A stretch of DNA of 64,000 bases from contig JBGARZ010000024.1 of the NCBI GenBank assembly GCA_044229975.1, positions 1 through 64,000 on the forward strand, given 5' to 3'. The position numbers and the translations under genes are program-made. The first letter of the stretch is position 1. Each line of letters starts with the position of its first letter. Positions 41,528-49,756 of this stretch are shown here, piece after piece. Source of the DNA: Polyangiales bacterium (lineage in GTDB: Bacteria; Myxococcota_A; Polyangia; Polyangiales; Ga0077539). The notes beneath the pieces are model-generated. The model saw nothing but the letters and a program-made list of their open reading frames with translations, had not been told where the DNA came from and ran no database searches.

Positions 41528-43330
41528 ATGGAGGCACGCGACGGTCGGCTCTCGCGCTGGGTTTTGTTCTGCGGCGCGGCCACGGTGACGGCGTGCTCGT
41601 CGGGTGACTCCGTCGTCGCGCGCGACAGGGACGCGGCCGTCACGGTGGGCCCGCCCGATGTGACCGAGGTGCTCGACGTGTCGCTGGGGCGGCTGGTCGA
41701 GGAGGGCGCTGACTTCACGGGGATGATCCCGGCGGGGGGCGGCGGCGGGGGGGAGTACTACGGCGCCATCTCCGCGGACGTGAACGGTGATGGTCGCCCC
41801 GACGTGCTCGGGTGGTCCGACCAGGGGTGGGCGCTGTTTCATCAGGGCGCGGACGGGGGCTTCACCCAGGCGAGCCGGGCGAACCAGCGGATGCGCTGCG
41901 CGGGCTTCGGCGACCTCGACGGCGACGGCGCCCCGGACGCGGTGATCGCCCGCCGGGATCCGCGGTTTCTGCGCAACGAGGGGGGCGCGCTGGTCGACCG
42001 GACGGCGCTCGCGCTCGGCGCCCCCGGGACGAAGGACGAGATCTTCGGCATCACCTTCGCGGACGTCGACTCGGACGGGCTGCTGGACGTGGCCGCGGCG
42101 GTGATGAACTGCGGCGTCGGACTGAGCCGGGTGTACCGCAACGAGGGGGACTTCCACTTCGTGGACGTGGCCGCGGAGATGGGGCTCACCCTCCCGGGCG
42201 GGGCGGCGTTTTCGCTGGCGATGGACGCGGTGGAGGACGACGGCGTGCTGCACGTCTGGAACTTCCCCGAGGGCTGCACCGAGCGGCGGATGCGGCACTG
42301 GCGCTTCCGGGCGGGGGACGACCTCCCGGTGCGCGTCGACGAGCGCGGCACCGACGCCGACTGGGCCAACCCCATGGGCAGCGCGCTGCTCGACGTCGAC
42401 GGTGACGGCCGGCTCGACCTGTTCATGAGCGCGGGCGGTCGCAACGTCGTGCTCGGGGCCCCGGAGTTCGTCACCTCGCTGCGCGATCAGCGCGGCCTCG
42501 GCGACCACCCGTCGCGCTTCGAAAACCCCGCGTCGGCGTGGTCGATGGTGCTGCTCGACGCCGACCAGGACGGCGCGCCGGACGTGTACGTCACCCACAA
42601 CGCCGCGCGCCCCGAGCTGCCGCCCATCACCATCACCGACGCGCTCTACCTCCACACCCCGATGGGTCGCTACCAGGACATCGGCGGCCGCGTGGGCATC
42701 GACCGCGACCAGGACTGCCAGGCCGCCTTCGGCGTCGACCTCGACCGCGACGGCGACACGGACCTCCTCGCGGGCTGCCGCGCGGGCGTGCGCGTGCTGC
42801 GCAACGACCTCGTCGCCCCGTCCAGCGGCCGCACCCTCACCCTCCGCGGAACGCTCTCCAACCCCGACGGCGTCCACGCCCTGATCGACGCCGCGGGCGG
42901 CCGACGTCGGGCGCAGCGGGGCGGCGGTCAGCCCTACGCGGGCGGCGTGGTGCGCGAGAGCTTCCGCGCGGCCGACGGTCCGCTCACGGTGCTGTGGCCG
43001 AGCGGCATCCACCAGCGCGTCGACCTCGGGGCCGACCCGACGCTGACGGTGACCGAGCCGCGCGTGGTGCAGGTGACTCCGCGCCGCGTCGCCGTCGGGT
43101 CACAGGCGCCCGTGCGGGTGGTGGTCGACCCCGGCGCGCTGGGCACACCGACGGCGGCGGTGCAGGTCGCGCTCACCGCGGGCGCGCGCTGGACCGAAGC
43201 CCTGTCCATGGGCGCCGACGGTCGGTGGCAGGGGGTGTTCGTGCCGCCGATGGAGCGCTCGACGACGGCGGTCACCGTCACCATCGGGTCGCTCACCCTC
43301 CGGGTGCGGCCGAAGGTGTTCGTTCGCTGA
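41528..43330 (+). CDS. FG-GAP/VCBS repeat (CRTAC1/ASPIC-UnbV-like) lipoprotein
   Basis: VTA-C lipobox, repeated DxDGDGxxD loops, and LRG..SNPDG..A and VLWPSG motifs. Confidence 0.82.
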   Translation: MEARDGRLSRWVLFCGAATVTACSSGDSVVARDRDAAVTVGPPDVTEVLDVSLGRLVEEGADFTGMIPAGGGGGGEYYGAISADVNGDGRPDVLGWSDQGWALFHQGADGGFTQASRANQRMRCAGFGDLDGDGAPDAVIARRDPRFLRNEGGALVDRTALALGAPGTKDEIFGITFADVDSDGLLDVAAAVMNCGVGLSRVYRNEGDFHFVDVAAEMGLTLPGGAAFSLAMDAVEDDGVLHVWNFPEGCTERRMRHWRFRAGDDLPVRVDERGTDADWANPMGSALLDVDGDGRLDLFMSAGGRNVVLGAPEFVTSLRDQRGLGDHPSRFENPASAWSMVLLDADQDGAPDVYVTHNAARPELPPITITDALYLHTPMGRYQDIGGRVGIDRDQDCQAAFGVDLDRDGDTDLLAGCRAGVRVLRNDLVAPSSGRTLTLRGTLSNPDGVHALIDAAGGRRRAQRGGGQPYAGGVVRESFRAADGPLTVLWPSGIHQRVDLGADPTLTVTEPRVVQVTPRRVAVGSQAPVRVVVDPGALGTPTAAVQVALTAGARWTEALSMGADGRWQGVFVPPMERSTTAVTVTIGSLTLRVRPKVFVR

Positions 43331-43359
43331 CGCGCCATCACTCCGCGTGCGAAGAAAAC

Positions 43360-43459
43360 GAAGCCGCAAGGGCGCAAGGGTCGCAAGGAACAGAAGGGAC
43401 GAGTTCTGCTCGGAAACCTTCCCTTCTGTTCCTTGCGACCCTTGCGCCCTTGCGGCTTC
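43360..43459. repeat. Perfect 40-bp inverted repeat (REP-like element or bidirectional terminator)
   Basis: 43360-43399 is the exact reverse complement of 43420-43459, with a 20-nt loop, between convergent genes. Confidence 0.9.
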
Positions 43460-43477
43460 CGGGTCTCCACGCCGCTG

Positions 43478-44857
43478 CTACCGCACGCCGCGCGCATCGA
43501 GCGCCGACCGCAGCCACGCCGTGAACACCCGGTGCCCCAGCGCGCTGAAGTGCACGTCCCCCGGGTACTCCCGCGCGAACAGCGGCGGCCCCTCGCGCTC
43601 GAACGCCGCGCGCACCGGCTCCCACGCGTCGAGCGTGTCGATGCCCGCGGCCCTCGCCAGGTCGACGACGCGCTGCTGGGCCTCGCGCCCGCGGGTGAGG
43701 TCGCCCCAGTAGTCGTGGCCCTCGGGCGTGCGGCCGAGCGATCGCTCCAGCGTGGCGCGGGACGGCAGCACCACCACGAGCAGCGGGGTGCGGTGCGCGG
43801 CGGCCGTCGTGTGGAGGGCGCCGAGCACCGGGGCGAGCTGCTCCCACTCGCGGCCCCGCGCGGGCGGGCGGCGGCCGGAGGACGATCCCCAGCCGCGGCG
43901 GGCGAGCGACTGCTGCACCCCCACGGTGAGTCGCATCAGGGCGTCGGCGACGCGGAAGCTCCCGGCGAGCACCCGGAGTGCGAAGGGCGGAGGGCTCGTC
44001 ACGGCGTGCATCGCCGGCGGAATGGACCACCGCGGCGACGGGCACCGCGGCTCCAGGCGACCGCCGACCGACCGCAACAACGGACCACCCTCGCAGCACA
44101 GGGACGGGGCGCCGAGGTCTTCGAGGTCGTTGCCCGTGAACACGTACACGACCGCGAGCTGCGCGGGTCGCGCGGCGGTCCAGCGGGAGAGCGTGACGAG
44201 GTAGGCCTCGGGCCCGCCGCCCGCGGCGCCGAGGTTGACGTGACGAACGCCCGGCTGCGCGACGCCCAGGTCGGCGACGAAGGTCTCCTCGCGGCGCACG
44301 CCCACGCCGGCCACCAGCGAGTCGCCGATGTGCAGCACCGTCGGTAGGTCGGATGGCCCCTCGGAGAGCCGGTGCTCGATCTCGTGGGGCGACTCGTACA
44401 TGAGGTTGCAGGGCGCGTCGCGGTTGGTCACCGGCATCGACCACCGGGCCTGGCTCGGCGATGGAACCGACTGCGGCGCAGGCAACAGCACGCGCGCCAC
44501 GATCTCCACGAGCGCGACGCCGACGAGCGTTCCGCCGAGCACGCCGGTCACCCCGCGGCGGACGCGTCCTTCGGGCAGGGCCATCACCAGCACGACGCCC
44601 GCGGCGAACCCGCAGGCGAGCCCGAGGAGGTCCCAGAAGCCCACGTCGTCGAGCTGACGGACCTTCCACAGCGCGAGCGCGAAGGGCAGCACCACGAGCG
44701 GCAGCGCCGTGAGGAAACGACGACGACGGACGGCCTCCACCCGGCGCAGCGCGGCCGCGAGGAGACCGCCGAGCAGCGGCGGCAGCGTCAGCAGGGCGAG
44801 CGCGGCGAGGAAGGCGACGAGGTCGCTGGAGAAGGTTCCGGCCCCGGTGTCGAACAA
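43478..44857 (-). CDS. Membrane-anchored SGNH/GDSL hydrolase-like protein
   Basis: Four TMs, then IGDSL, VNLG, GND and DVH. The TTG start is inferred from alignment with paralog 51682-53067. Confidence 0.8.
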   Translation of the reverse strand: MFDTGAGTFSSDLVAFLAALALLTLPPLLGGLLAAALRRVEAVRRRRFLTALPLVVLPFALALWKVRQLDDVGFWDLLGLACGFAAGVVLVMALPEGRVRRGVTGVLGGTLVGVALVEIVARVLLPAPQSVPSPSQARWSMPVTNRDAPCNLMYESPHEIEHRLSEGPSDLPTVLHIGDSLVAGVGVRREETFVADLGVAQPGVRHVNLGAAGGGPEAYLVTLSRWTAARPAQLAVVYVFTGNDLEDLGAPSLCCEGGPLLRSVGGRLEPRCPSPRWSIPPAMHAVTSPPPFALRVLAGSFRVADALMRLTVGVQQSLARRGWGSSSGRRPPARGREWEQLAPVLGALHTTAAAHRTPLLVVVLPSRATLERSLGRTPEGHDYWGDLTRGREAQQRVVDLARAAGIDTLDAWEPVRAAFEREGPPLFAREYPGDVHFSALGHRVFTAWLRSALDARGVR

Positions 44858-44868
44858 CGAACCGCCCT

Positions 44869-45840
44869 CTACTCCCCGGGCGTGGCGCGCGCGTAGGCGA
44901 CGGCCCGGTCGATGATGTCGTCGAGGTCGCGCATGGGCACCGCGCCGAGCAGCGAGCGCAGCCGCGTGAGGTCGGGGACGCGCCGCTGGAGGTCCTCGAA
45001 ATCGGGCCCGTACGCCTCGGTGTAGGGGATGCGTCGGATGGTGCACCCGGGGTCGATGCGCGACCTCACGCGCTCGGCGAGGGCCATGATGGACACCTCG
45101 TGGTCGTGGCCCACGTTGACCACGCGACCGCGCGCGGCGGGTGTTCCCAAGAGGCGCATGAGGATGGACGACACGTCGCTCGCGTCGGCAAAGCACCGGG
45201 TCTGCGATCCGTCGCCGTAGACCACCATCGGACCGCCCGCGAGGCACTGCCGCACGAGGCGCGGGAGCACCATCCCGTAGCGCCCGGTCTGCCTTGCGCC
45301 GACGGTGTTGAAGAGCCGTGTGACGACCACCTGGAGCCCGAGCTCTCGCGCGAAGGCGAGGGCCATGAACTCGTCGACGGCCTTGGAGCACGCGTAGCCC
45401 CAGCGGGCGCGCGTGGTGGCCCCGAGCACCATGTCGGCGTCCTCCTGGAAGGGCACCGCCACGCTCTTGCCGTAGACCTCCGACGACGACGCGAGCAGCA
45501 CGGCCGCGCCCTCGGCGAGCGCCGCGCGCAGCACCCGCTCGGTGCCCGCGATGTTGGTCTCCAGCGTGTGCACCGGTCGGTCGACGATCATCCGAACGCC
45601 CACCGCGGCGGCCAGGTGATAGACCTCGCCGCAGCCCGCGATGGCGCCCGCCAGCGCCGCCTCGTCGAAGATGGACGCCTCGACGAAGCGGAAGCCCGAC
45701 GCGCCATCGAGCGCACGGAGGTTCTCGCGTCGCCCGCTGGAGAGGTCGTCGATGACCACCACCTCGCTGCCGCGCGCGCGGAGGTGCTCGCAGAGGTGGG
45801 AGCCGATGAGCCCGGCGCCGCCGGTGACGAGCGCCCTCAT
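44869..45840 (-). CDS. NAD-dependent nucleotide-sugar epimerase/dehydratase
   Basis: MRALVTGGAGLIGSHL, HLAAAVGV, SSSEVYGK, YACSK and RLFNTVG. Confidence 0.9.
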   Translation of the reverse strand: MRALVTGGAGLIGSHLCEHLRARGSEVVVIDDLSSGRRENLRALDGASGFRFVEASIFDEAALAGAIAGCGEVYHLAAAVGVRMIVDRPVHTLETNIAGTERVLRAALAEGAAVLLASSSEVYGKSVAVPFQEDADMVLGATTRARWGYACSKAVDEFMALAFARELGLQVVVTRLFNTVGARQTGRYGMVLPRLVRQCLAGGPMVVYGDGSQTRCFADASDVSSILMRLLGTPAARGRVVNVGHDHEVSIMALAERVRSRIDPGCTIRRIPYTEAYGPDFEDLQRRVPDLTRLRSLLGAVPMRDLDDIIDRAVAYARATPGE

Positions 45841-46589
45841 GCCGACCCCAGCGTCACGAAGCGCGCCCCGCTCGTCCGCCATCCATCCACCGACCGCCAG
45901 AGCGTGGCCTCGGCCGCGGCGCCCTGTCCGAAGGTCACGAAGGGCTTCATCCACCGCGGCAACGCAAAGCCCTCGACCCGATCGAGCAGCTCGTAGGGGT
46001 GCAGGTAGAAGACCCGCGGCGGCTGCGTCGCCAACCGCGCGAGCGGCGCGAAGAGCCGCCGGTACGACAGCCCCTCCGGGATGGGCAGCCCCAGCATCCG
46101 CGGAACCGGAAACTCCTCCACGGCGCTCCCCTCCAGCCGATGCGGACCGCCCGTTCGCACGAGGTGCCGATAGCCCGCCCGCGGCGAGAACGGCGCCTCG
46201 GACGACGACCACCGATAGCCCGTCTCCTCCAACAGCGGACCAAACCCATGCGGCAGGTCGAAGAAGGGCGCGCGGAAGCCATCACACGTCGTCCCCGTGG
46301 CGTCCTCGATGGCCGCGCGGGAGTCCGCGAGCTCGGCGCGTTGCTGCACCGTCGAGCAGCGCGAGAGCGCCGGGTGCGTCATGGAGTGCGACGCCACGAC
46401 GTGCCCGCGACCGACCGCATCACGCAGCACCGCGGGGCGCTGGCGGGCGACGTCACCCACCACGAAGAGCGTCGCGGGGATGCGCCGCGCGTCGAGCGCA
46501 TCGAGCAGCCGCGGGAGCACCTCGTCGAGGCCGCGCAGGGACGCCGTCCCGAAGTCGCCCTCGACGTCGAGGGTGAGGGCCACGTCCAC
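45837..46589 (-). CDS. Polysaccharide deacetylase (NodB/CE4)
   Basis: LTLDVE, ATLFVVG, ASHSMTH, GFRAPFF and YLHPYE. Confidence 0.88.
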   Translation of the reverse strand: MDVALTLDVEGDFGTASLRGLDEVLPRLLDALDARRIPATLFVVGDVARQRPAVLRDAVGRGHVVASHSMTHPALSRCSTVQQRAELADSRAAIEDATGTTCDGFRAPFFDLPHGFGPLLEETGYRWSSSEAPFSPRAGYRHLVRTGGPHRLEGSAVEEFPVPRMLGLPIPEGLSYRRLFAPLARLATQPPRVFYLHPYELLDRVEGFALPRWMKPFVTFGQGAAAEATLWRSVDGWRTSGARFVTLGSA

Positions 46590-46592
46590 GGC

Positions 46593-46748
46593 CTAGGGTT
46601 CCTTCTCGTCGCGATCGGCGACGCGGCGGATCTGCGTGGCGATGTCCCGCAGGGCCCGGTGCACGCCGCGCATCTCCCAGGCGACCCACACGCACGCGAG
46701 GGCGATGGGCGTCTGCGTCAGCAGGATCATCCAGACCGTGTCCCTCAC
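46593..46748 (-). CDS. Small single-TM protein (51 aa), not in the ORF track
   Basis: VRDTVWMILLTQTPIALACVWVAWEMRGVHRALRDIATQIRRVADRDEKEP. GTGA overlap upstream; the stop lies 3 nt before the next start. Confidence 0.6.
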   Translation of the reverse strand: MRDTVWMILLTQTPIALACVWVAWEMRGVHRALRDIATQIRRVADRDEKEP

Positions 46749-46909
46749 GGCGCGGACGCCTTCGCGCGCAGGTTGGCGGCGATGCCTTCGAGCACGCGTC
46801 GGGCGTGGCGCAGGGCGAGGGCGATGGCCACCGCGGCGACCCAGTAGGCCGCGTGCGTGGCGTACATCGATTGGAGGAAGTCGTGGTGGCGCACCGCCGG
46901 GAGTCTCAC
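46745..46909 (-). CDS. Small single-TM protein (54 aa)
   Basis: VRLPAVRHHDFLQSMYATHAAYWVAAVAIALALRHARRVLEGIAANLRAKASAP, with GTGA overlaps at both ends. Confidence 0.55.
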   Translation of the reverse strand: MRLPAVRHHDFLQSMYATHAAYWVAAVAIALALRHARRVLEGIAANLRAKASAP

Positions 46910-47670
46910 CCCTTCGGCGGGCGAAGGTCCATGGCCCACGCGGCGGGGGCTCCCACGGCGAGTCCGGCGATGCATCCCGCGGCGAGGATGGGCTTGCGCC
47001 ACGCGGGGACCGGCAGCGACGCCAGCTCGCGCAGCACCCAGCGGTCGAAGTGGTTGTTGGCGCGGATCATCTCGCGCGCGGTGACGTGCGACGTGGTCGA
47101 GGGGACGGTGGTGATGGGCACCGACGCGAGGCGCAGCCCCGCGGCGACGGCGCGGAGGATGACCTCGTGCTCGTACACGAAGCCGCCCGACGTGTTGTGC
47201 ACCGCGGCGAGGGCCGACGCGCGAAACCCGCGGAAGCCGCAGATGGTGTCCTCGATGCTCGGGTCGAGCACCCGAAACCAGAAGAGCGCCAGCGCGTTGA
47301 GGGCCCGCCGCGCCCCGGAGCGGTAGACCGTTCGGCTTCCCAGCGCGACGTCGCAGTGTTCGAGCGCCGCGAGAAAGCCGGGGATCTCATCGGGGTCGTG
47401 CTCGCCGTCGGCGTCGAGGGTGATGACCTGCGCGGCGCCCATCGCGACCGCTGCTTCCAGCCCGTGCACCAGCGCCGCCCCTTTGCCCCGGTTGGGGTCG
47501 AGGCGCAGCACCGTGGCGCCACCAGCCTTGGCGCGCTCGCTGGTGTCGTCGCGTGAGCCGTCGTCGACGACGATCACGGTGTCGACGTACTTCGCGGCGC
47601 GTCGCACGACGTCCTCGACGTGCTCGGCTTCGTTGTGCGCGGGGATGACCGCGACCGACGTCACCGTCAC
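46906..47670 (-). CDS. GT2 family glycosyltransferase (polyprenol-phosphate sugar synthase-like)
   Basis: VIPAHNE, VVDDGSRDDT, NRGKGAA, LDADGEH and DTICGFR. Confidence 0.9.
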   Translation of the reverse strand: MTVTSVAVIPAHNEAEHVEDVVRRAAKYVDTVIVVDDGSRDDTSERAKAGGATVLRLDPNRGKGAALVHGLEAAVAMGAAQVITLDADGEHDPDEIPGFLAALEHCDVALGSRTVYRSGARRALNALALFWFRVLDPSIEDTICGFRGFRASALAAVHNTSGGFVYEHEVILRAVAAGLRLASVPITTVPSTTSHVTAREMIRANNHFDRWVLRELASLPVPAWRKPILAAGCIAGLAVGAPAAWAMDLRPPKG

Positions 47671-49127
47671 GCCTTGAACCCCGAGCGAACGAACTTCAGC
47701 CCCGACGCCGACATGAAGCGGACGTTCTCGACGAAGTCGGCGTTGAAGATCTCGCGCGCGACCTTGCGCGGCCGCAGGTAGAAGCGCGAGAGCGCGCGGT
47801 CTTGCAGCGCCTTCATGCGGTCGAGGTCGATGACGCCGTTGAAGGAGAGCTTCGGGTCACCGTCGAGGAGGTCGTCGAGGGTGATGGGCTTGGTCCACCC
47901 CTTGCGCACGGCCTGCGCGTAGAGCTCGGTGCCGGGGAAGGGCGTGGCGACCTCGTAGTTCATGTACGAGATGTCGAGCGTCTCGACCCAGTCGAGGGTG
48001 CGGCCCATCTCGTCCTCGGACTGCTCCGGCGTTCCCACCACGAAGAGCCCGGCCGTCGCGATGCCGTTGCGCTCCATCACCCGGATGAGCTCCGCGGCGC
48101 GCGCCGGCTTGATGCCCTTGCGGTGCGACGCCTGCCGCGTGTGCTCGTCGATGGGGTCGACGCCAAACTCCGCCGAGCGGCATCCCGCGCGGCCGAGCAG
48201 CTCGATCATCGCTTCGTCCATGCGGTCGAGCCGCGTCTCGATGCCCCACTCCAGCGGCAGGCGACGGTCGATGACCATCTGGCAGAGGTCCTTCACGCGC
48301 TTCATGTCGAGCGAGAAGGTGGGGTCGCGGAAGAGCAGGCTGCGGATGCCGAAGCGCTCGACGACGTGCTGCATCTCATCGGCGACGAGGGCCGCGCTGC
48401 GCGGTCGGAAGGGAGCGCCCTGGGCCACCGGGTACGGGCAGAAGTGGCACTGGTAGGGGCAGCCGCGCGACGACAGCGCCGTGAGAAACGGCCGCTTCTT
48501 CAGCAGCGGGAAGTACCCGTAGTCGGAGATCGGAAACGCGTCCCAGCGAGGCTGCGGGAGCGTGTCGAGGTCGTCGATGAAGCCGCTCATGGCGGGGGCG
48601 GGCGTGCCGTCGTCGTCGAGCATCAGCACACCCGGAAGACCGGGTTTCAGTGTGCCTTTGGCGAGGTGACCGAGCACCACCTCGGGGTCGCCGCGCGGGA
48701 TCACCTCGGCCATCCCGCGTCGCAGGATGTCGTCCGAGAAGAAGGTGGCCGACTGGTTGAGCAGCAGCCGACGCGCGCCCGTGGCGGCCTTCACGCGTTC
48801 GAGGTAGCGCAGCTCGGCGCCGAGGTACGCAAACGACGACGCGGCCACGACCCAGTCGGGCTTCGCGCGCACGATGGCGTCGAGGGCTTCGGGGTCGTGC
48901 GGGTCGAGGCGCGACTGGTCGAGGACGACGACGTCGTGGTCGCGCAGGATGGCCGCGGCGAAGGCCAGCGAGATGACCGGGAGGCGGGTGCCTTCGTTCT
49001 TGAGGAGGGCGACGAAGCGGGGCCCCAGGCCGACGCCGAAGTCGTCGTCGATGCCCATGCCGCCCATGAGGTCGCGGTTGGTGAAGCGCCCCGCCGGAAC
49101 AGGTGGATTGACCAGCGCGATTCGCAT
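47667..49127 (-). CDS. B12-binding-like radical SAM protein
   Basis: MRIALVNPP, SSRGCPYQCHFC, FRDPTF, ETRLD and TPFPGTELY. Confidence 0.9.
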   Translation of the reverse strand: MRIALVNPPVPAGRFTNRDLMGGMGIDDDFGVGLGPRFVALLKNEGTRLPVISLAFAAAILRDHDVVVLDQSRLDPHDPEALDAIVRAKPDWVVAASSFAYLGAELRYLERVKAATGARRLLLNQSATFFSDDILRRGMAEVIPRGDPEVVLGHLAKGTLKPGLPGVLMLDDDGTPAPAMSGFIDDLDTLPQPRWDAFPISDYGYFPLLKKRPFLTALSSRGCPYQCHFCPYPVAQGAPFRPRSAALVADEMQHVVERFGIRSLLFRDPTFSLDMKRVKDLCQMVIDRRLPLEWGIETRLDRMDEAMIELLGRAGCRSAEFGVDPIDEHTRQASHRKGIKPARAAELIRVMERNGIATAGLFVVGTPEQSEDEMGRTLDWVETLDISYMNYEVATPFPGTELYAQAVRKGWTKPITLDDLLDGDPKLSFNGVIDLDRMKALQDRALSRFYLRPRKVAREIFNADFVENVRFMSASGLKFVRSGFKA

Positions 49128-49155
49128 CGACCGACTGTACTTGAGCACACGCCCG

Positions 49156-49566
49156 TTAGAACAGCCGCTCCCAATGCGCGGGGTCATCCGGCGCCTTCGG
49201 CAGATCGACCCAGTAGCTCTCGCCCTTGCCCTTCTTCAGCCGCATGCGGTCGCGCCCCGCCGCGCGCGAGATGAGCCCCGCGGGCACCACCGCGAGCAGC
49301 CACGTCAGCACCAGGATGATTCGCCCGGTGATGTTGCCCATCACGAACGCGACGCCCATCCACGCCCAGTAGAAGGGCAGCGCCACGCGCGTCCCGGTGA
49401 GCCCGGTGAGCCCGAAGAGCAGCGCCACCACGCCCGCCACCAGCGCGGCCGTCGGGCGGTGCCGCCACGTCATCACGGCGGCGATGACGCCGAAGCCCAC
49501 CAGCGTGACCGCGCCGAAGCTACGCAGCTCCTTCGGGGAGGGCTTCCACTCGATGCGAACCAGCAC
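49156..49566 (-). CDS. SxtJ-family membrane protein
   Basis: LRSFG..FYWAWM..MGNITGRIIL..RDRMRLK..SYW. It lies next to a carbamoyltransferase. Confidence 0.8.
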   Translation of the reverse strand: MLVRIEWKPSPKELRSFGAVTLVGFGVIAAVMTWRHRPTAALVAGVVALLFGLTGLTGTRVALPFYWAWMGVAFVMGNITGRIILVLTWLLAVVPAGLISRAAGRDRMRLKKGKGESYWVDLPKAPDDPAHWERLF

Positions 49567-49570
49567 GGCG

Positions 49571-49729
49571 TCAGAACACCGTGTAGAGGAACGGCCCCGC
49601 GCTCGTGGAGCCCGCGTAGACCAGCGCCCCGAGCAGCAGCAGCACCACCACGATGGGCGTGAGCCAGTAGGCCCGGTGCTCCCGCAGCAGGGCCAGAACG
49701 TCCTTCAGTACGCTGCGCCGTCGCGCCAT
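49571..49729 (-). CDS. SxtK/DUF5989-like small membrane protein (52 aa), not in the ORF track
   Basis: MARRRSVLKDVLALLREHRAYWLTPIVVVLLLLGALVYAGSTSAGPFLYTVF, with the WLxP..PFxYTxF signature. Confidence 0.85.
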   Translation of the reverse strand: MARRRSVLKDVLALLREHRAYWLTPIVVVLLLLGALVYAGSTSAGPFLYTVF

Positions 49730-49756
49730 GCGGCCGATGCTATCACCGCCCGAAGC

